The notes under the pieces were generated by a model, which did no database searches, was not told the DNA's origin, and saw only the letters and a list, made by a program, of their open reading frames with translations. The translations under genes were made by a program, and so were the position numbers. From a virus: a DNA stretch of 64,000 nucleotides. This document shows, piece after piece, positions 49,130 to 58,875 of the stretch (the first letter of the stretch is position 1; the number at the start of each line of letters is the position of its first letter). The stretch is from the UHGV virus genome UHGV-0076293, one strand, 5' to 3'.

Positions 49130-49139
49130 AGAAAAGCTA

Positions 49140-49186
49140 CTCCGACCCCAGAAGGGTCGGAGTAAGCTCGAATTAATTTTTTTTTT
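49140..49186. terminator. possibly bidirectional terminator between convergent genes (ctccgaccc-cagaa-gggtcggag, T-run on + side)
   Basis: 9-bp stem; T10 13 nt downstream on +; T-rich on the minus side as well. Confidence 0.45.
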
Positions 49187-49191
49187 GCTAT

Positions 49192-51909
49192 TTAGAGAGT
49201 TTCATCGGTGTTGTCATCTGCACCGGTATCCGTCTCGTCTGTGCCTTCAGTTGAAACGTCTTCTTCCGTTGTCGTATCGGTTTCCGTCGTTTCGTCATCA
49301 GTCATGTCCAAGTCTTCATCACCGCCCAGATCGTCACCACCTAAGTCCTCATCGCCTCCTAAGCCGCCGTCGTCTTCAGAGCCGCCACCGAAGTCGCTAC
49401 CCCCGCCGAAGTTATTGGCGTCCTCAGGATTCAGATCAGCTGCTTTTGCCAATGTTTCGACTTTCCCTGTTACACGTTTTGCTAACTGAATCAATGTCTT
49501 AGACGCAGAAGCAATTTCGTCAGAGATCATCTTCACATTTTCACCGCGTTTCTCTTCATCGTAAATCAGGTCGAACATATCGTTCTCAATGCCCTGATTA
49601 CGTAGCCAGTGGCGCGCGTAGAAGGTCTTAACCATCGTCTTGAGGTCATCAGGCGACATTTCAATACCTTCGTTCTGAAGCATATTAGCAATGTCATCCG
49701 TGACCACCAGATCTGCAAGTTTCTCGATAAATTCATAGCGTTTATCGAAGAGATCAGCTTGAGATGCTGTTGCAGAAGTATCAGGCGGTGGCAAGGTGAC
49801 CTTCATACCGTTGATAAACTTCGCCATATACTCTGACGTTTGTTTTGTCATCTCTTCGCTAGATACATTCGGATTCTGCTCACGGATATACTCAACGATA
49901 ATACGGATGAGTTCTGCTTGCAGTTTCGGTGAAGCTTGCAGACTGTTTGTAACGTAGCGCGTAAGCGGGGTTGAGAGGATTTCCTGTTTCTTCACAATCT
50001 GTTGAGTAACCAACAGCGATTTAGAATAAATCTGAGAAGCAAACTCCAGGTTCTCCGGGGTAAGTACAAGGTCAGGATCAACACACGCGATGTGACACGT
50101 ACGGCGTAACAGGTTCTCGTCAATTTGTTGATCAGGAACTTTATACTCCGGCGTGGTATCAGACACAGACACTTTGTGGCTGGCGTAGTAATCGTTACCC
50201 GTTACGTTAAAGGCAATCCCCGCGTTAGCTCCCATTGCCCAAGCATCGTTAATATCCCCCCACATCGGTAAACGACGGTTGTAGGAGTTAAGGATATCCG
50301 ATTTGGTTTGGTCGACAGTTTTTTGACCGTTTGCATCATCTGGTGATAGCTCAATGTCGTACTGCATGTGACGTGCCGAGTTCAGTACAGATGAGTTCAT
50401 TGTCGCAAACAACAGCGCCATCCTGACGGTGGAGATGATAAAGGAGCGTTCAGTGATAGAAACCCCGATACCGTCTTCGTTAAAATCCGTTGCAAAATAG
50501 CATAGGTTATTAACCGGAATGTAAACCACCTGAGTATGACGTTTTGCGAGATGACGCGCTAACAGAATACGACCGAATGTTTCGGTAATATTCATGCTGA
50601 TTTCTGCGCCACCTAGTGCCTGACTTAATGCGCGGGCAAATTCGTTTTCAGCGATTTCACCGCAACGTGTACTTAAACGGTTGGCGATTTCCGGGGTAAT
50701 GCGAGAAGTGTTCCCTAGGCCCAGATTAGAACGGTTAATGATGCTGTCCGTCATCCCGTCGTTATTCAGGTAGTTCATAAAGTTCGCATCGCCGTACAGC
50801 GAGGAGCGAGCATTGATGAAGTTACCCATGTCATCTACGATGGTCAGATAACCGATAGGGTTACGAACGTCATCGCCAATTACCAGTGGCAGCGTTGACT
50901 CTGCGGGCAGTAAACGTTCGATGTATTCGATTTTGTTATTCTCATCCATTGAGATAATAGGAATATCACCGTACGTTTGTGTTTTCGGTGTTGACTTATA
51001 CGCCTCGTTTAAATCACCCAAGTTAATGAACCCTTTTTCAGCGGCGTCACGCTGACGGTCATCGAAAGATTGGTTAGGGTCGAACGGACTGCCACCGTTT
51101 GGTGTAGACGGCTTTTCATATGCGGCTTGCTCTAATTGCCCGTACAATCCCGTACGTGCGTTCTCATGCGCAATACGACGATACAAATCTGGCAGCATGG
51201 TAATGCGCGGGTTATCGGTAATCGTGATTTCCATCTGGAATTTATCCGAGAACATCGAATCGTGCTTACCGAAATCGATTTTCAACGTCTGAGGACCAGT
51301 AACGGCTCCGTGTAAACGGTTGAGAATTGATTCCACACCAACTCGCTGCCCTTCTTTCGGCGCATTAATAGGCCCGAGAATACCAAGCTGTTGTTCGAAG
51401 AACGCCGTTTGGGAACGACGAACAGATTCAGTAGCGACCTTTGTATTCAGACCGAATAATTGGTCGAAGCCGGTATCCGAGATTATCATCACTGGACTTG
51501 CGCCTTTGGTTTTTAACGCATCGTAAATCCACTGATATAATTTCTTAGGTAGCTGACGAATGTTATCGTGATAATCACGGGTCGGTGTCAGTAGTGCGTT
51601 ACGCAGATCGATGGGGATGTCCGCGATGTTGTCGTAAATCAACGTCGTGTTGATTAAGTCTTTTGTTGATAGCAGGCTCGAAGTTGCAATAGTAACGATT
51701 GTTTCGAGTTCAGGTAACGCATCAAAGATACGTTCCGCATTTTTGATAGTACGAATACGTGAACTCGCAATTGCCGTGAGTTCTTGACGTGTTGGCGTAG
51801 AACCACCCTCGCTACGCGTACCGCGTTGTTGCTGAGGTGCTGGGCCCGTAGTTTTACGAAGAATTGCAGCTACGGCGGGGTCGCCCGTTAATTTACTAAT
51901 ATCGTCCAT
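49192..51909 (-). CDS. large hypothetical protein (905 aa) with Asp/Glu/Gly-rich repetitive C-terminal tail; possibly portal or other virion protein
   Basis: Long ORF, GGAGA RBS; C-terminus GGGSEDDGGLGGDEDLGGDDLGGDEDL...TDETDTGADDNTDETL. Confidence 0.5.
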   Translation of the reverse strand: MDDISKLTGDPAVAAILRKTTGPAPQQQRGTRSEGGSTPTRQELTAIASSRIRTIKNAERIFDALPELETIVTIATSSLLSTKDLINTTLIYDNIADIPIDLRNALLTPTRDYHDNIRQLPKKLYQWIYDALKTKGASPVMIISDTGFDQLFGLNTKVATESVRRSQTAFFEQQLGILGPINAPKEGQRVGVESILNRLHGAVTGPQTLKIDFGKHDSMFSDKFQMEITITDNPRITMLPDLYRRIAHENARTGLYGQLEQAAYEKPSTPNGGSPFDPNQSFDDRQRDAAEKGFINLGDLNEAYKSTPKTQTYGDIPIISMDENNKIEYIERLLPAESTLPLVIGDDVRNPIGYLTIVDDMGNFINARSSLYGDANFMNYLNNDGMTDSIINRSNLGLGNTSRITPEIANRLSTRCGEIAENEFARALSQALGGAEISMNITETFGRILLARHLAKRHTQVVYIPVNNLCYFATDFNEDGIGVSITERSFIISTVRMALLFATMNSSVLNSARHMQYDIELSPDDANGQKTVDQTKSDILNSYNRRLPMWGDINDAWAMGANAGIAFNVTGNDYYASHKVSVSDTTPEYKVPDQQIDENLLRRTCHIACVDPDLVLTPENLEFASQIYSKSLLVTQQIVKKQEILSTPLTRYVTNSLQASPKLQAELIRIIVEYIREQNPNVSSEEMTKQTSEYMAKFINGMKVTLPPPDTSATASQADLFDKRYEFIEKLADLVVTDDIANMLQNEGIEMSPDDLKTMVKTFYARHWLRNQGIENDMFDLIYDEEKRGENVKMISDEIASASKTLIQLAKRVTGKVETLAKAADLNPEDANNFGGGSDFGGGSEDDGGLGGDEDLGGDDLGGDEDLDMTDDETTETDTTTEEDVSTEGTDETDTGADDNTDETL

Positions 51910-51920
51910 TGGGGTCTCCG

Positions 51921-54104
51921 ATGCAGAGATTTAACATATTTCGTGAACAGAACATCGCGTTGGCGAAATCACTGATTATTAAATCAGAATCAATCGCACA
52001 ACAGATGAATCTGGCAATAACCGAGAACGGCGGTTTCGTTTCCGATAACCGAAGTACGTGGCGATACTACCTGCATTTAGCAGGACAACGTCACGAATGG
52101 GATAAGCCCATTTACATAACGTCGCTCGACACGCAAGAGCAGATAGAATTAACGACAGCCAACCTGTCCCGTCATAAAAAGACCTCAAACGTATTTCGTT
52201 CGAACGGCGAGTACATTGAGGAGCTGATCAGAACGTATCCTGACTACGCGATTTATATCCGAGGTGTGTTTAATCCGGTGGATATAAACTACGCCATCCG
52301 TGTGGCTGATTGTTCTATTCTCTATTACGACAGTTCATTAGTGGAGTCGCAAGAGACGTCACTGATGTCGAGATTGGAAGACAGAATAAGGGCAGCTCAC
52401 GTTCGCTATATGTCAGAAGGGTGGAAAGTTCACAACGATGCGTTCGTGTTAGCATTCTACTGTATTCTGTATCCGCAGCTACCCGGCATTATCGGCTATA
52501 TCCGTTCTTCTTTACAGCATACCACGGAAACACACTCGTTTTACGTGACAGAGTTCTTAGCATCGCACCAAGAACTTCACGAGTTTATGCCGTATCTGAC
52601 CCAGAAACAGAAATTCATTCTTTATCGGAACATTCGTTACTGGGAACGTAACTCAGGGAAAGAGGAGATTTTCGACTGGCAGATTGATGCTTTGCTGACA
52701 GGTTGGGGGATGCCTGCGGTTGGGTATAATGTTGCACAACAGATACACGAACCGAAGGATGATGACGACTCCACGTTAACACCGTTACCGATTGGTTATC
52801 AGCAATCGCTTAACTATACGGAAAAGGATTCTGGTCGAGACCTTGACATTGTAACGACGACGGACATTATCCAGAAGGAAGTCGCGTTAGCGTACAATAA
52901 CCCGGCGTACGAACCGGAGTATCAGGAAGACTTAGATACCCGTTTAAGTTTAACGCAATACCCTAACCTGAAAACCAAACTCATTGAAGTTACAGCAGTC
53001 GACCCAGAAGCGATTGAGCGCTTCGAGTATCTGCATAACCTCTTTAACGAATGGGTACATCTCGTCGCGAAAGGGAAATACAACATTTACCACGAGATTC
53101 TTAACCCAACAAACGGGGATACCCTAAAGCTTAGCTCAAAAGAGTTACTGGCGCTGTTCTTGTACGCGGCGTATAAAGGGTATTCTGACGTTGCGTTAGA
53201 AGAGATTCCTGTGTTCAACGTGTTCGGGGTGTTAATCAAACGCTGGGTTTCGTTCGATGAAATGGAACAACATTTAATTCCGAGTTGGGAAAACCGTTTC
53301 GATGCGTTGATTAACTATTATACCGATACACACACAGAAGTCGTCGGAACGATTCTTAGTGCTGATGAACTTTACGACACGGTTAATGAAATCATTACCC
53401 AGAAACGTCGTCGTTGGCGTTATAGTCAAAACCGACGTAAGATTCCTGACCGTGCAGCGGGCTTGATGCTGTTTAACTACCATTACCGTGATTATCGTTG
53501 CGATTTAAAACTGAACTATCGTAATTACGATGAGTTCTTTAAAACGTTTGGGTTAGATTATACGTTGGTTTCGGCGGAGACGTGGCAAGATATTGCTATT
53601 GACGCATTTAACACCGCAACTAACCTGGAAACCCGCGCAACGATTTCACAGTCTGAGATTCAGCGTGCGATGGTACGTCTGATGACGAAGTTGTCATCCT
53701 ACACCGTACATTTTGCTGCACGAATGGGGTCAGATTCTTACGACGTTATGGACCCGCTCTGTCCTATCTTAGGGGATATCCCTATGAGTGGGGAGGGGTC
53801 GGTTACCATTATTGAACCCCTCTTAGGCGTACAGCAAGTTACGCGTCACCAGTATATATCCACCGACACTGTGTTACCGGCAGCGCCTGTTATTAAAGAA
53901 CTGTCGATGCCGCAGCACATCAAACTCAGGATGAACATTTACATGGGCATCCGAGTGAAAGTAACACAGCAGGTTGTGGTGGATATTAACGAGCCGACTA
54001 CCGGGGTTGTTAAAGTGAAATCTTCGCTTGACGATTGGACGTTAAACGAACAGGTGAAAATTAACGATCTTGACGGCTTCACGCTTGACCAGCTACCTAA
54101 GTGA
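51921..54104 (+). CDS. hypothetical protein (~727 aa)
   Basis: ATG at 51921 (track begins at TTG 51909); divergent from 49192-51909 with ~11 nt between start codons. Confidence 0.5.
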   Translation: MQRFNIFREQNIALAKSLIIKSESIAQQMNLAITENGGFVSDNRSTWRYYLHLAGQRHEWDKPIYITSLDTQEQIELTTANLSRHKKTSNVFRSNGEYIEELIRTYPDYAIYIRGVFNPVDINYAIRVADCSILYYDSSLVESQETSLMSRLEDRIRAAHVRYMSEGWKVHNDAFVLAFYCILYPQLPGIIGYIRSSLQHTTETHSFYVTEFLASHQELHEFMPYLTQKQKFILYRNIRYWERNSGKEEIFDWQIDALLTGWGMPAVGYNVAQQIHEPKDDDDSTLTPLPIGYQQSLNYTEKDSGRDLDIVTTTDIIQKEVALAYNNPAYEPEYQEDLDTRLSLTQYPNLKTKLIEVTAVDPEAIERFEYLHNLFNEWVHLVAKGKYNIYHEILNPTNGDTLKLSSKELLALFLYAAYKGYSDVALEEIPVFNVFGVLIKRWVSFDEMEQHLIPSWENRFDALINYYTDTHTEVVGTILSADELYDTVNEIITQKRRRWRYSQNRRKIPDRAAGLMLFNYHYRDYRCDLKLNYRNYDEFFKTFGLDYTLVSAETWQDIAIDAFNTATNLETRATISQSEIQRAMVRLMTKLSSYTVHFAARMGSDSYDVMDPLCPILGDIPMSGEGSVTIIEPLLGVQQVTRHQYISTDTVLPAAPVIKELSMPQHIKLRMNIYMGIRVKVTQQVVVDINEPTTGVVKVKSSLDDWTLNEQVKINDLDGFTLDQLPK

Positions 54105-54111
54105 GAAAACC

Positions 54112-54639
54112 ATGGCATATCGCGTCGACTTAACGAAAACTCCGAAACAAATTCTGGTAGATCGTATTAACTACGTTTTCGGGGTATCCTATACCACTGA
54201 CAACATCGATTTTAACGATAAAGGTGTGCAACCACTGACAAAAGATGAAGCCCGTCGTTACGGACTGGAATCGAAAGTGGCTGCTGACTTTAAAAACGGT
54301 GTTGCAGGGAACCAGGAATTTATCTTAACCCGTGTTGACCTGGCAACGTTCTTAGCTGACGAACCGGTTACGGTACCGAAAGGCGAAGTAACCAGCAGCC
54401 AAGAACTGGCAGACTATATCGTTGCTCAGACCGGTATTGATTTGACTGAAGACGACATTATGATCGAGCCTATCAGTGAGGAACTCGATTCTTATGATGT
54501 TCGCTTAGTCCCGAATCACTTATCTTTTAAAGGAACGATTCCGGTCGTATTTACTGACCCCACACCACGTACGTTGGCGTCTCTCGTGACGAAACTTGCG
54601 CTGGACGGGTTCCGCCCTGGAGAATTAATCAATGTCTAA
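54112..54639 (+). CDS. hypothetical protein
   Basis: ATG at 54112 (track begins at TTG 54070). Confidence 0.45.
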   Translation: MAYRVDLTKTPKQILVDRINYVFGVSYTTDNIDFNDKGVQPLTKDEARRYGLESKVAADFKNGVAGNQEFILTRVDLATFLADEPVTVPKGEVTSSQELADYIVAQTGIDLTEDDIMIEPISEELDSYDVRLVPNHLSFKGTIPVVFTDPTPRTLASLVTKLALDGFRPGELINV

Positions 54640-55519
54640 TGTCAAAGTTTACGACGGTAAACTCTCGACGGTAACACTTAATGCGATGCGTCTGGCTACC
54701 GCATTAATTACCGGTGCCGATGTGCAATACCCACAGAAGTCCACACTGAATGAGTTTTATAAGCTCATGCAAACTCCAGTGCCGGACGGTAAAGCACGTC
54801 CCCATTTGCAGTACATGGCGATTGGTAACCGTGGCCACATGGTCGACACATCAGATGTTGTTGCTGATGTTGTTCCTGTAGCTAAAGAACCTATCGCGTC
54901 CGGGATGTTTTCACGCGTTCCGTTTGTCCTGCGTACTAAAGACAACGATTTGTCTGATGAACAGCGTAAGAACTACGCTTTCCGTACTCTGGAAACCATC
55001 AACAAACGTGAGTATTGGGCGTACTATTTAAAACGCATTGACATGCGTGCAGTAAAAACTACCGACTACGACATTAAGCGTGAGAACGGTGTTGAAACTG
55101 TAGAAGACTTTGTTTATACGGATACTGAACTGAACCCGGTACCGAAAGTGTTGCCGGACTACGATTACGACGATGACGGTACCGTTGCAATTCCTGATGG
55201 CCGTTATGTGGAATCAGGCGCAGACCTGGTTATTCCGTGGACGGACTTTGACGTTCAGGAGTACATGAACGTGACCAGCATTATGCGCGGTAGCCCTCGT
55301 AGTTCGATTATCTCTGAACTGGCACTGTGCTCTGGTTTAGACCAGGTAACGTCCGGTGACTCTGCCACAGGTTCGAAGTTCAGCTACACTGAAGCTATCG
55401 GTGTACAAGCCCTGTATTACATTTCGATGTTTACTAACCTGGCGCAGACGAACGATAAGCTGTCACTGACAATCCGTATCGGTCAACCTGCACCGTTCTT
55501 CTTAGGGACAGCGAATTAA
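54632..55519 (+). CDS. hypothetical protein (295 aa)
   Basis: ORF overlapping upstream stop. Confidence 0.5.
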   Translation: MSNVKVYDGKLSTVTLNAMRLATALITGADVQYPQKSTLNEFYKLMQTPVPDGKARPHLQYMAIGNRGHMVDTSDVVADVVPVAKEPIASGMFSRVPFVLRTKDNDLSDEQRKNYAFRTLETINKREYWAYYLKRIDMRAVKTTDYDIKRENGVETVEDFVYTDTELNPVPKVLPDYDYDDDGTVAIPDGRYVESGADLVIPWTDFDVQEYMNVTSIMRGSPRSSIISELALCSGLDQVTSGDSATGSKFSYTEAIGVQALYYISMFTNLAQTNDKLSLTIRIGQPAPFFLGTAN

Positions 55520-56163
55520 TGTTGATTCCTGAGCCGAGACTTCCCGATAAGATGGTCAGGATCGCGGCGATAGACCCCGGTACGAGCCATCTCGGGATGG
55601 CGGTGCTGGATTGGGAATATGGCAGCGACCAAGCCGAAGTGGTGTGGGCTGATACCATGCACGTATTAGACCCAACACATCCAAGTGCGTTTGCAGAGTG
55701 TGTCGGTAAACGCGACGATCGCTTAGTAAAACTCGAAGCGTGCTACCGTGAGTTTCTTCGGATTGCGCGTCCGACGTTTGTTGCAACAGAAACGCCGTTT
55801 ATGCGGCGGGCAAAACTCTCCGCGTACGAATCTGGCGTAGAGTTACAGCTGATGTTAAGACGAGCGTTATGGGACGTGTTTCCAGAGAAGGTGCTACACG
55901 GGTTCAATCCGATTATTGTAAAATCATTCGTTGGTGTGGAAGCGAAAGGAACGGACAAAACAGATATGTTTCGTGCCGTAACGAAGTTGTATCGCGACCA
56001 CGCGTTGTTTGACATTACAACGTTGGATGAGCACAGTATCGATGCCGTGGCGGTGGGGAATATCTTTGTCAGGGTAAACCTGTTAAACTTGAATAGTCTC
56101 CTACCGCCAAAACAAAAGTCTGCTAAGACAGCAAAACGGCGGAGAAGACGTCGGAGGAAATAG
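55519..56163 (+). CDS. ruvC: RuvC-like Holliday junction resolvase with poly-Arg C-terminal tail (KTAKRRRRRRRK)
   Basis: IAAIDPGTSHLGMAV vs RuvC ILGIDPGSRVTGYGV; ETPFM vs EQVFM; DEHSIDAVAVG vs ADAADALAIA. Confidence 0.6.
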   Translation: MLIPEPRLPDKMVRIAAIDPGTSHLGMAVLDWEYGSDQAEVVWADTMHVLDPTHPSAFAECVGKRDDRLVKLEACYREFLRIARPTFVATETPFMRRAKLSAYESGVELQLMLRRALWDVFPEKVLHGFNPIIVKSFVGVEAKGTDKTDMFRAVTKLYRDHALFDITTLDEHSIDAVAVGNIFVRVNLLNLNSLLPPKQKSAKTAKRRRRRRRK

Positions 56164-56165
56164 CG

Positions 56166-56744
56166 ATGTCGCAACCAACACAAGACGTGTCAGCAGCAAT
56201 TCTTGACATTCTTATCCAAGCAGGGAACAGAAAGTTAAGTAAAGAGCAGTCCGAAGAACTGTCTAAGATTCTCAAAGACAACTTCGGTGACGAAGTCTCT
56301 GTAGACGTAACACGGTCGGGTACAAAGATTCTGTCGGAGTTACGTCCAACGCTTCTTGAGAACCTTGGAAAGATGGCGGAAAACTTTCAGCAGCAAGCCA
56401 CAAATGCTGTAGAGAGTTTAGGTGACGAAGTAAGCAAAGAAACGATGTTGACACTGTGGCCGAAACTTGCTGGCGCACAGAAGTTCATTATTGTTCTGCT
56501 TGCATTCGCCACTGTTGTCGTGACAGGCTTCTTAGCGTACGACACTCATCAGAACTTTCCAAAAGACAGCATGGAAGTGTTGTTTGTATCCTTACTTCCG
56601 CTGTTCGGATTGGTAGTGTTCGCAACGTGGCCAATTAAAACATTGGCTTACAAGTCGTTGGAGATTGCTACCAAAGTTGTCGAGAAGAAACTTGAGAAAT
56701 CAGGTCAGGTCATCGCGAAGACAGAAACAAAGACAACGAAATAA
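56166..56744 (+). CDS. membrane protein with two predicted TM helices (192 aa)
   Basis: Hydrophobic stretches FIIVLLAFATVVVTGFLAY and VLFVSLLPLFGLVVFATWPI; followed by terminator. Confidence 0.5.
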   Translation: MSQPTQDVSAAILDILIQAGNRKLSKEQSEELSKILKDNFGDEVSVDVTRSGTKILSELRPTLLENLGKMAENFQQQATNAVESLGDEVSKETMLTLWPKLAGAQKFIIVLLAFATVVVTGFLAYDTHQNFPKDSMEVLFVSLLPLFGLVVFATWPIKTLAYKSLEIATKVVEKKLEKSGQVIAKTETKTTK

Positions 56745-56748
56745 AACC

Positions 56749-56786
56749 AACCTCTACCTTCGGGTAGAGGTTTTCTTCTTTTTATT
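56749..56786 (+). terminator. intrinsic terminator (cctctacc-ttcg-ggtagagg + T-run)
   Basis: Tetraloop hairpin + ttttcttctttttatttt. Confidence 0.7.
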
Positions 56787-56832
56787 TTACAATTTTTGAT
56801 CATACTGTGAGACTTCTAGCGAGGAGATTTAG

Positions 56833-57519
56833 ATGAAGGAATTGCAATTAAGAAAGCGTACTACTCTTATCCCCCTTAAGGAACTAAAACAGTGTCCCGT
56901 TTTCTACTCACCGAAAGATCACCTAGATTTATCTAAAGAGAAAAAGATTATTATTTCTGCCTTCCGAGAAGTAATCAATCTTCGTTATTTCGCGGCACCA
57001 ATGGATTGTGCTATCGAACATGCTATGTTGGATGGAAGAACGTCGCTTACAGTTTACGATTTGTTAGAAGAAAAGAATATCGGTATTGAAACTGGTATAC
57101 TGAGAGTAAACAAAAATGAGTTATTAGAAAGTCAAAAACAACTAATGACAGGTGTTCAATTACTCTTAGAGCAATATGGCTTCTATTCGGAAAAACCAAC
57201 TTCTGCGGTATCTACGCAACCCATCATCTGTGACCATGGGTTTGAGGTAGAATGGAAAACAATTCGAGGGCAAGATTTTATTTTAATACATTGGTTCGTT
57301 CCCTATCTTTGGAAAGAGCGTACCACAGTTTATGCTTTACTTGAATTCGCTGTCTACTGGAGCATTTATAAAAAAGAACGTGCTACTGCAATGAAAACGG
57401 TAATGACCACGCCGTTAAATCAACTTTTTACCTCTGGGTTAGAAACAGATTTTAACGAACTATGTACAACTATTTTCAAGATGGAGTATGGCTATGCACC
57501 AGTTGGATATAACCGCTGA
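56833..57519 (+). CDS. hypothetical protein (228 aa)
   Basis: ORF with GAGGAG RBS. Confidence 0.5.
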   Translation: MKELQLRKRTTLIPLKELKQCPVFYSPKDHLDLSKEKKIIISAFREVINLRYFAAPMDCAIEHAMLDGRTSLTVYDLLEEKNIGIETGILRVNKNELLESQKQLMTGVQLLLEQYGFYSEKPTSAVSTQPIICDHGFEVEWKTIRGQDFILIHWFVPYLWKERTTVYALLEFAVYWSIYKKERATAMKTVMTTPLNQLFTSGLETDFNELCTTIFKMEYGYAPVGYNR

Positions 57520-57970
57520 TAAAATCTCCGCTAAATTTCCACAATTACGTGAATACATCAACGACTTAAATTCAATTCGGGAAACACCGGTTAGAATTAC
57601 GTTAGCAGTTGAAGATGATATTACTCACGGTATTGCGATCTGGGAGCCGGGTAATCTTATTTATCTGGTGGTGGCGGAAGGTTCTCGACGTTTCGGTGTT
57701 GGTTCGTTTTTATTGCAATACGTTCAATTGAATTCCGATCGTCAAATGGTGACGTGCCGTGTCCACCCTTCGAACATTGACGGCCTGTGTTTCTTTTCGA
57801 AAAAGGGCTACCAGATTGACCGTTGGTATATCGCCAGCGACTCTCGTCGGTATTTTCGTATGACGAACGGTAACGTTGTTTCGTCATACGCCCCGCCGGA
57901 AGAAGGATATTTGGTGGATTTTATCGAAAACACGCCCATCTTTCTCTCTGTTGCGGATAAAATTTATTAA
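57488..57970 (+). CDS. GNAT-family N-acetyltransferase (putative)
   Basis: LVVAEGSRRFGVGSFLLQYV fits the GNAT acetyl-CoA binding motif A (R-x-x-G-x-G/A); 160 aa. Confidence 0.45.
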   Translation: MAMHQLDITADKISAKFPQLREYINDLNSIRETPVRITLAVEDDITHGIAIWEPGNLIYLVVAEGSRRFGVGSFLLQYVQLNSDRQMVTCRVHPSNIDGLCFFSKKGYQIDRWYIASDSRRYFRMTNGNVVSSYAPPEEGYLVDFIENTPIFLSVADKIY

Positions 57971-57986
57971 CCGTTGAGAGTCTAAA

Positions 57987-58463
57987 ATGATACGTGTCGA
58001 ATATGAGACGCGGTGCTTAGAAGACAATCGAGCAAAAGCATTACGTTGTGTTGAAATCGTCCCCGCACACGAACTGGATATTCAAGCTGGTAAGGTTCGG
58101 GGCGTTCCGGTTAAGATCGTACAACACAGCCATTGTTCGCAATATAAAGAGAAAGCTGTCCCAGTAGTACGTTCCAGTAAACGAGAAGACTTTTCAGAAC
58201 TCCGTAAGTGTTTTCAACGACACTACCGCCGGAGTAAATGGAAGGTGTTGGTATTAATGTTAGTCGACGATTTCATTAAAGACCTGGTTTGGGAAGAAGT
58301 GCTTAAAGAGCGTGGTTTTCAACCCAAACCGTTCTCGTATCACTGGGAACGTTTCAAAAAGAAATACCACGAGTCATTGCGTTGGTCTCCGAACACACGG
58401 AATATGATGCCACGTTTGGAATCAATGCCTTGGCTTCGTGTTTATCTCGATGAGGTAAACTGA
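57987..58463 (+). CDS. hypothetical protein (158 aa)
   Basis: ORF. Confidence 0.45.
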   Translation: MIRVEYETRCLEDNRAKALRCVEIVPAHELDIQAGKVRGVPVKIVQHSHCSQYKEKAVPVVRSSKREDFSELRKCFQRHYRRSKWKVLVLMLVDDFIKDLVWEEVLKERGFQPKPFSYHWERFKKKYHESLRWSPNTRNMMPRLESMPWLRVYLDEVN

Positions 58464-58852
58464 TGAAACGTTTTATTACTCCCTTTCTAATGTTACTTTC
58501 GTTTTCCGTATTAGCGGATTTTAAACCTTACGATATCAGTCGTTACGAACCCGCTGTTCCTGGCGATAAACCGGTTGTGTTTAAAGCAGGTGACCAACCC
58601 GTCACTGTGGTTCAAAACGATGAGTTTGCAGTGGTGAACTACGGCAAAACGGAGTTATGCCCTGCGGGTGGATTTTATCTGGTGAACATCAAACGTCGGA
58701 CTTACCAGTTTGTTGATCCGGGTAGCTGCTCTGCAACGGTTAAGGTAACGTTAGAAACCGTACCTTACACGAATAAAAACATTAATATACAACGTTTAAC
58801 CTTTTATGCGGGTGATGAAATCACAGCACGTTATCCGTTATACGGGTATTAG
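58463..58852 (+). CDS. secreted/periplasmic small protein (N-terminal signal peptide)
   Basis: MKRFITPFLMLLSFSVLADF: basic n-region, hydrophobic core, cleavage-like LA-D; GAGG RBS. Confidence 0.5.
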   Translation: MKRFITPFLMLLSFSVLADFKPYDISRYEPAVPGDKPVVFKAGDQPVTVVQNDEFAVVNYGKTELCPAGGFYLVNIKRRTYQFVDPGSCSATVKVTLETVPYTNKNINIQRLTFYAGDEITARYPLYGY

Positions 58853-58875
58853 TGATTAGCCCCCACGGAGTTCGT

